A stretch of 64,000 bases of DNA from an uncultured Acidimicrobiaceae bacterium (GTDB taxonomy: Bacteria > Actinomycetota > Acidimicrobiia > Spongiisociales > UBA5794): the NCBI GenBank assembly GCA_947258985.1, contig CAMYKI010000002.1, forward strand, positions 10,248-74,247, read 5' to 3'. Of the stretch, positions 59,984 to 64,000 are shown piece after piece; position 1 is the first letter of the stretch, and every line of letters begins with the position of its first letter. The position numbers and the translations under genes are program-made. Under the pieces are notes generated by a model. That model made no database searches. It saw only the letters and a list, made by a program, of their open reading frames with translations, and was not told the DNA's origin.

Positions 59984-60258
59984 CCGGGCCGCTTTGGTGG
60001 CGGCCTTGTGTTGTGCTTGGTGTGCAGTTTCCATCGGAGAATGCACACGTGCCGCCTTGACGGCACGCCTCAATTCGGTCGCCGGGTGTGCCGAAACACG
60101 AGGAAGCGGGTTCCGATCGTGCGATGAGGCATCGGCCCTCAGCCCCCGATACCTTGGTGTATCCACCGTACGCAGTTAGCATTCCGCTTCGGCGGCGGAG
60201 AAGGGGAGAAGAAAGCGACTCTTGCGGTCGGTGCGCTCCGACCCGCAAAGGGAGTTTC

Positions 60259-61263
60259 ATGATCCGTCTCCATAACGTCACCAAGGTCTACGACAAGAGC
60301 GTCGTGGCCCTGCGAGAGGTCGGCCTCGAAGTCGCCAAGGGCGAATTCGTGTTCCTCGTCGGCCCCTCTGGTTCCGGCAAATCCACGTTGCTCAGGTTGA
60401 TGATGCGCGAAGACCGCCCTGACTCCGGAGAAGTGTGGGTAGCGGGTAAACACGCTTCCTCTCTTCCCTCCTGGAAGGTCCCCCACCTGCGGCGCTCGAT
60501 CGGAACGGTTTTCCAGGACTTCAAGCTACTGCCCAACAAGACCGTGTACGAGAATGTGTCCTTTGCCCTCGAGGTAACCGGCCGCTCTCGCCATGTTGTT
60601 CGTACCCAGGTACCTCAGGTTCTCAAACTCGTAGGGTTGTCCGACAAGGCCGATCGCCAGCCGCGCCAACTCTCCGGTGGTGAGCAACAGCGTGTGTCGA
60701 TCGCACGTGCTTTTGTCAATCGCCCATTGATTCTTCTTGCCGACGAGCCAACCGGGAACCTCGACCCTGCGACCTCGGTGGGGATCATGCGCATCCTGGA
60801 CCGGATCAATCGGACGGGTACCACCGTGGTAATGGCCACGCACGATCACGCCATCGTCGATGCGATGCGGCGGCGAGTGGTGCAACTCGAAGAGGGGCGG
60901 GTCATCCGTGATCAGCGGAGCGGTGCGTATGAGATCCGTGTGCAATCAAACGTTCGGCGTGCCGAGGAGTCGCTCGCCGACGACCTTCCTGAGATCGAAG
61001 ATGAGACTGTGCAGGAGGTGGCTGAGCCTGCGACCGCTGAGACAGAGGCGGTCGAATCGGAGAAGGTCGGTCAGGAAGTGACCGAAACCGATACGGCGGA
61101 GTTGGAACCATCCGACCTCGAGCCTGCCGACGAGGAGTCTGCCGAGGAGCAGCCTGCCGACGAGGACTCTACCGACGAGGACTCTGCCGACGAGGACTCT
61201 GCCGACGAACCCGTCTCCGCAGAGGCCGTGTCCGATGAGGGCAAAACGGAGGACGAGTCCTGA
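60259..61263 (+). CDS. ftsE: Cell-division ABC transporter ATP-binding protein FtsE, with ~100-aa acidic low-complexity C-terminal extension
   Basis: [43 protein letters not shown] (Walker A), [14 protein letters not shown] (signature), [12 protein letters not shown] (Walker B); start reassigned to ATG 60259 preceded by ggag. The tail is Glu/Asp-rich with 15-nt repeats. Confidence 0.85.
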   Translation: MIRLHNVTKVYDKSVVALREVGLEVAKGEFVFLVGPSGSGKSTLLRLMMREDRPDSGEVWVAGKHASSLPSWKVPHLRRSIGTVFQDFKLLPNKTVYENVSFALEVTGRSRHVVRTQVPQVLKLVGLSDKADRQPRQLSGGEQQRVSIARAFVNRPLILLADEPTGNLDPATSVGIMRILDRINRTGTTVVMATHDHAIVDAMRRRVVQLEEGRVIRDQRSGAYEIRVQSNVRRAEESLADDLPEIEDETVQEVAEPATAETEAVESEKVGQEVTETDTAELEPSDLEPADEESAEEQPADEDSTDEDSADEDSADEPVSAEAVSDEGKTEDES

Positions 61264-62144
61264 TGCGTATTGCATACGTCCTCAACGAGGCCTTCAACAA
61301 CATCCGCCGCAATGGTCTGGTAGTGCTCGGCGCCGTCCTTGCGGTATTTGTCTCGCTATTCCTGACGTTTGGAACCCTCATCTTCGGTGAGATCGCCAGG
61401 GTCAACACCGAACGTTGGCAAGAAGATGTGAGAGTGATCGGATTCATCCGGGTCGACTTCCGGGACGTCTCTGCCCTCCAGGCCGAGATCGAGAGCTGGG
61501 AGGAAGTCGAGGCGGTCATCTACTTCAATCCGGCGGAAGCACTCGAGGAAGCCCGGGAGCTTTTCAAGGACGATCCTCGTCAGTTGCAGCTCATCGAGGA
61601 AGATCCGTCGATCATCCCTGCCTCGCTGCGTGTTCGGCCGGTGGACCTCAACGACTATGACACGATCAAACAGAGACTCACGAACTCGCCGGGAGTGTCG
61701 GATGTGATTTCCGCCGATGAAGCCGTACAGCAGATTGCAGCGATTCGCGACGGTCTGCGTGTCTTCTTCTGGGTGCTGGCGGTGGCCCTTGGCGTGGCCG
61801 CGATCGCTTTGATTGCCAACACCATTCATATGGCTATTTATGCGCGCCGTGAGGAGCTCGAGATAATGCATCTGGTAGGTGCGAGCAACTGGTTCGTTCG
61901 CACTCCGTTCCTCATTGAGGGCGTCGTTGAGGGCGTGCTCGGGTCGGGCCTTGCCGTGGCGACGGGTATCGGCCTGTACAACTTGGCACGCGACCGACTT
62001 GCTGATTTGCCGGAATTTATCGACCTGACCATCGACAATGCCTTTCTGCTGAAGTGGGGTCTCCTCATGATCGGGTTTGGCGCAATCGTTGGGATCATTG
62101 GGAGCGGCATCTCGCTGGCGGTGCACAAGTACGTCCGGACATGA
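61263..62144 (+). CDS. ftsX: Cell-division permease FtsX
   Basis: 293 aa, 4 TM, large extracellular loop after TM1, conserved N-terminal [18 protein letters not shown]; start overlaps the ftsE stop. Confidence 0.85.
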   Translation: MRIAYVLNEAFNNIRRNGLVVLGAVLAVFVSLFLTFGTLIFGEIARVNTERWQEDVRVIGFIRVDFRDVSALQAEIESWEEVEAVIYFNPAEALEEARELFKDDPRQLQLIEEDPSIIPASLRVRPVDLNDYDTIKQRLTNSPGVSDVISADEAVQQIAAIRDGLRVFFWVLAVALGVAAIALIANTIHMAIYARREELEIMHLVGASNWFVRTPFLIEGVVEGVLGSGLAVATGIGLYNLARDRLADLPEFIDLTIDNAFLLKWGLLMIGFGAIVGIIGSGISLAVHKYVRT

Positions 62145-63325
62145 GACGCATCCTGGCGGCCGGACTTGCCGTTGCTCTGTTGCTCCCCGCCGGTGTCGCC
62201 GGCGCCTACGACCTGAACAATGAGCTCGGCGACATCAACCGCCGCATTGATTCCATCAACCAGCAGATCGCGTCCGCGAACACATCTCGGTCGTCGGTGG
62301 TCGGCGACATAGTGAAGACCCGAGATGACCTGGCACTTCGTCAGGCGGAGCTGGCGGTGACCGAGGGCGAGTTGACCGACACCGAGAACCGGCGACTGGA
62401 GCGTCAGGGAGAGCTGGACGAGCTGCGGGGCCAGCTACAGCAGTCCTATCAGGACCTGGCGGAGACGAGGAACCGGCTCGACGACACCCGGGACGAGGCA
62501 AAAGAACTCGTCCGCGCTGCGTACGTTGGGTCGACCGAGGGTCGGGAGAGCGTCGCTTTCAGTGCCGAATCTGTGACCAGTGTCTACGTCGGACTCCAGT
62601 ATCTGGCGATGCTCACAGCCGACAGCGATCGAGCGATGCTGGCTTATGAGTCGCTGCGTACCCAGGAAGAGCGGCAGCAAACGCGGATCGCGGCGGACGA
62701 AACCGACGTCGCCCAGCAGGTGATCGAACTCGAGGTCATCGAAGCCGATCTGGCGGTTCTGGTCGAGGATCAGGCGGAGGAAGCAGCGGTTGTGGCTGCC
62801 GAGCTGACAGACCTGGCGGCAAGGCTCGACCGGATTGATGACAGCATCGCAGAGTTCAGCGATGAACTCGATGGGCTGGAGCAAGAGCAGGCGCGTGTTG
62901 AGGGGCTCATCGAGGAGGAAGCTTCCAAGGAAGGGACCGCACCCGGCATCCTGGTTCGACCGGTACCCGGGGCCATTACCTCGTCGTTTGGAATGCGAGT
63001 CCATCCGATCCTCGGTTACGCCCGCATGCACACCGGCATCGACATGAGCGCCCCCTACGGTCAGACGATCAAGGCGGCGGCGTCGGGTCGGGTGATCCTG
63101 GCGGGCATCTACGGGGGATATGGCAATACGGTGATCATCGACCACGGCGGGGGCATGACAACGCTCTATGCCCACCAGTCGGAGTTGAGCGTGTCATACG
63201 GGCAAGAGGTGGCTGCCGCCGACACGATCGGCTACATCGGGACCTCGGGGCTGTCGACCGGGCCTCACCTCCACTTCGAGGTGCGCCTTTCTGGCAAGCC
63301 CGTGAACCCGGCGAACTACCTCTGA
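62141..63325 (+). CDS. M23-family peptidoglycan endopeptidase with N-terminal coiled-coil (EnvC/RipC-like FtsEX partner)
   Basis: Signal peptide MRRILAAGLAVALLLPAGVAGA; long heptad-rich region; C-terminal HTGIDM...GNTVIIDHGGGMTTLYAHQS...GPHLHFEV; ATGA overlap with ftsX. Confidence 0.8.
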   Translation: MRRILAAGLAVALLLPAGVAGAYDLNNELGDINRRIDSINQQIASANTSRSSVVGDIVKTRDDLALRQAELAVTEGELTDTENRRLERQGELDELRGQLQQSYQDLAETRNRLDDTRDEAKELVRAAYVGSTEGRESVAFSAESVTSVYVGLQYLAMLTADSDRAMLAYESLRTQEERQQTRIAADETDVAQQVIELEVIEADLAVLVEDQAEEAAVVAAELTDLAARLDRIDDSIAEFSDELDGLEQEQARVEGLIEEEASKEGTAPGILVRPVPGAITSSFGMRVHPILGYARMHTGIDMSAPYGQTIKAAASGRVILAGIYGGYGNTVIIDHGGGMTTLYAHQSELSVSYGQEVAAADTIGYIGTSGLSTGPHLHFEVRLSGKPVNPANYL

Positions 63326-63777
63326 TGGCCGGACGCAAGGTGGTTGCCACCAATCGGAAGGCTCGGTACGACTTCGAGATCCTGGACACCATCGAGTGCG
63401 GCATGGTGCTGAGCGGCTCGGAGGTCAAGAGCCTGCGCGAAGCCCAGGTCCAGCTGAAGGATGCTTATGCCGACATCCGGGACGGTGAGGTCTGGCTGGA
63501 GCGAGTCCACATCGCCCCCTACAGTTTCGCCCTCGGTGGCGGGCACGATCCGGAACGCCCCCGCAAGCTGCTGCTACACAGACGCGAGATCGATCGCCTC
63601 GTCGGCAAGGTCAACGAAGTCGGGTTGACGCTGGTGCCCCTCCAGATCTACTTCACGGATGGCAAAGCCAAAGTCGAACTGGCCCTCGCCAAAGGCCGGC
63701 GCACCTATGACAAGCGGCAGAAGATCCGTGAACGCATGGAACGTCGCGAAATGGATCGAGCCAAGAGACGTCGCTAG
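63325..63777 (+). CDS. smpB: SsrA-binding protein
   Basis: MAGRKVVATNRKARYDFEILDTIECGMVLSGSEVKSLREA, near-canonical SmpB; 150 aa. Confidence 0.9.
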   Translation: MAGRKVVATNRKARYDFEILDTIECGMVLSGSEVKSLREAQVQLKDAYADIRDGEVWLERVHIAPYSFALGGGHDPERPRKLLLHRREIDRLVGKVNEVGLTLVPLQIYFTDGKAKVELALAKGRRTYDKRQKIRERMERREMDRAKRRR

Positions 63778-63782
63778 CCCAT

Positions 63783-63994
63783 CTACGTCTGCGCTGTCAT
63801 CGTCTCCAGCTGGGCGAAGATCTGATCGACGTTCTCGGTGCCTAGGGCCCCGGCAACCCGCAGCACGACGGTGCCATCGGCATCCACTACAACCCAGAAC
63901 GGGAAGGCGCTCGTACCGAAGAGTTGCGAGACCGCGCCGGTCTCGTCGACCACCACCGGAAATGGGAACTCCTCTGCGTCGAGGTAGGGGATGA
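63783..63994 (-). CDS. Thioredoxin-fold thiol-disulfide oxidoreductase (TlpA/redoxin-like), 3' end only, continues beyond the window
   Basis: Minus-strand translation ends ...FGTSAFPFWVVVDADGTVVLRVAGALGTENVDQIFAQLETMTAQT*, typical of the C-terminus of TlpA/ResA-like redoxins. Confidence 0.4.
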
Positions 63995-64000
63995 GCGGGT

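Noticed and set aside
60088-60258. N-terminal extension of the ftsE ORF (start at 60088)
   Set aside because: The extension ([20 protein letters not shown]...) has no homology to FtsE; a ggag RBS precedes ATG 60259, which yields the conserved [12 protein letters not shown]-terminus.
59984-60258. Hairpins in the prfB-ftsE spacer (gggccgc-tttggt-ggcggcc after the prfB stop; ttgcggtcgg...ccgacccgcaa before the ftsE RBS)
   Set aside because: Plausible terminator/attenuator structures but imperfect stems and no clear U-tract; not strong enough to call as features.
63778-63994. Possible tmRNA (ssrA) gene immediately downstream of smpB
   Set aside because: No GGGG...tRNA-like 5' end or ANDENYALAA-type tag reading frame; instead the minus strand encodes the 3' end of a thioredoxin-fold protein.

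Overview
High-GC (~62%) chromosomal window with actinobacteria-like housekeeping synteny. Housekeeping genes: accA/pccB/birA, asnS, gmd-fcl, cofD-cofE-fpg, manB, ahcY, comF-hpf-LuxR regulator-secA, and prfB-ftsE-ftsX-M23 peptidase-smpB. Between birA and asnS (~5.4-34.2 kb) lies a large accessory cell-envelope glycopolymer locus. It contains two Wzx-like flippases, a Wzy/O-antigen-ligase-like polymerase, two Wzz/BY-kinase-like chain-length determinants, a polyprenyl-P sugar transferase, a TagA-like GT26, GT2 and GT4 transferases, a GMC oxidoreductase, a nucleotide-sugar dehydrogenase and an epimerase/dehydratase. The locus also encodes four secreted proteins that share a triplicated SLH-like cell-wall-binding repeat with an unusual conserved Cys pair (GCNPPxNxxFCP). 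Their passenger domains are a PIG-L/LmbE deacetylase, TolB-like beta-propellers, cadherin/PKD-like repeats and a right-handed beta-helix (polysaccharide lyase/hydrolase-like). Other notable items: a GtrA/GtrB/GT-C-like three-gene glycosylation module; a phosphomannomutase fused to a Trm112-like zinc ribbon; a stand-alone FtsH-like M41 domain lacking the AAA module with HQxxH in place of HExxH; a prfB with the classic programmed +1 frameshift (CTT TGA C with upstream AGGAGG); FtsE with a long acidic repetitive C-terminal tail; and several intergenic tandem/direct repeats (101-bp x2 upstream of the epimerase gene, 69-bp x2 upstream of secA, 27-bp x2.7 upstream of prfB). No rRNA, tRNA, CRISPR or transposase/integrase genes were recognised. 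All family assignments are from reading motifs in the translations, not from database searches.
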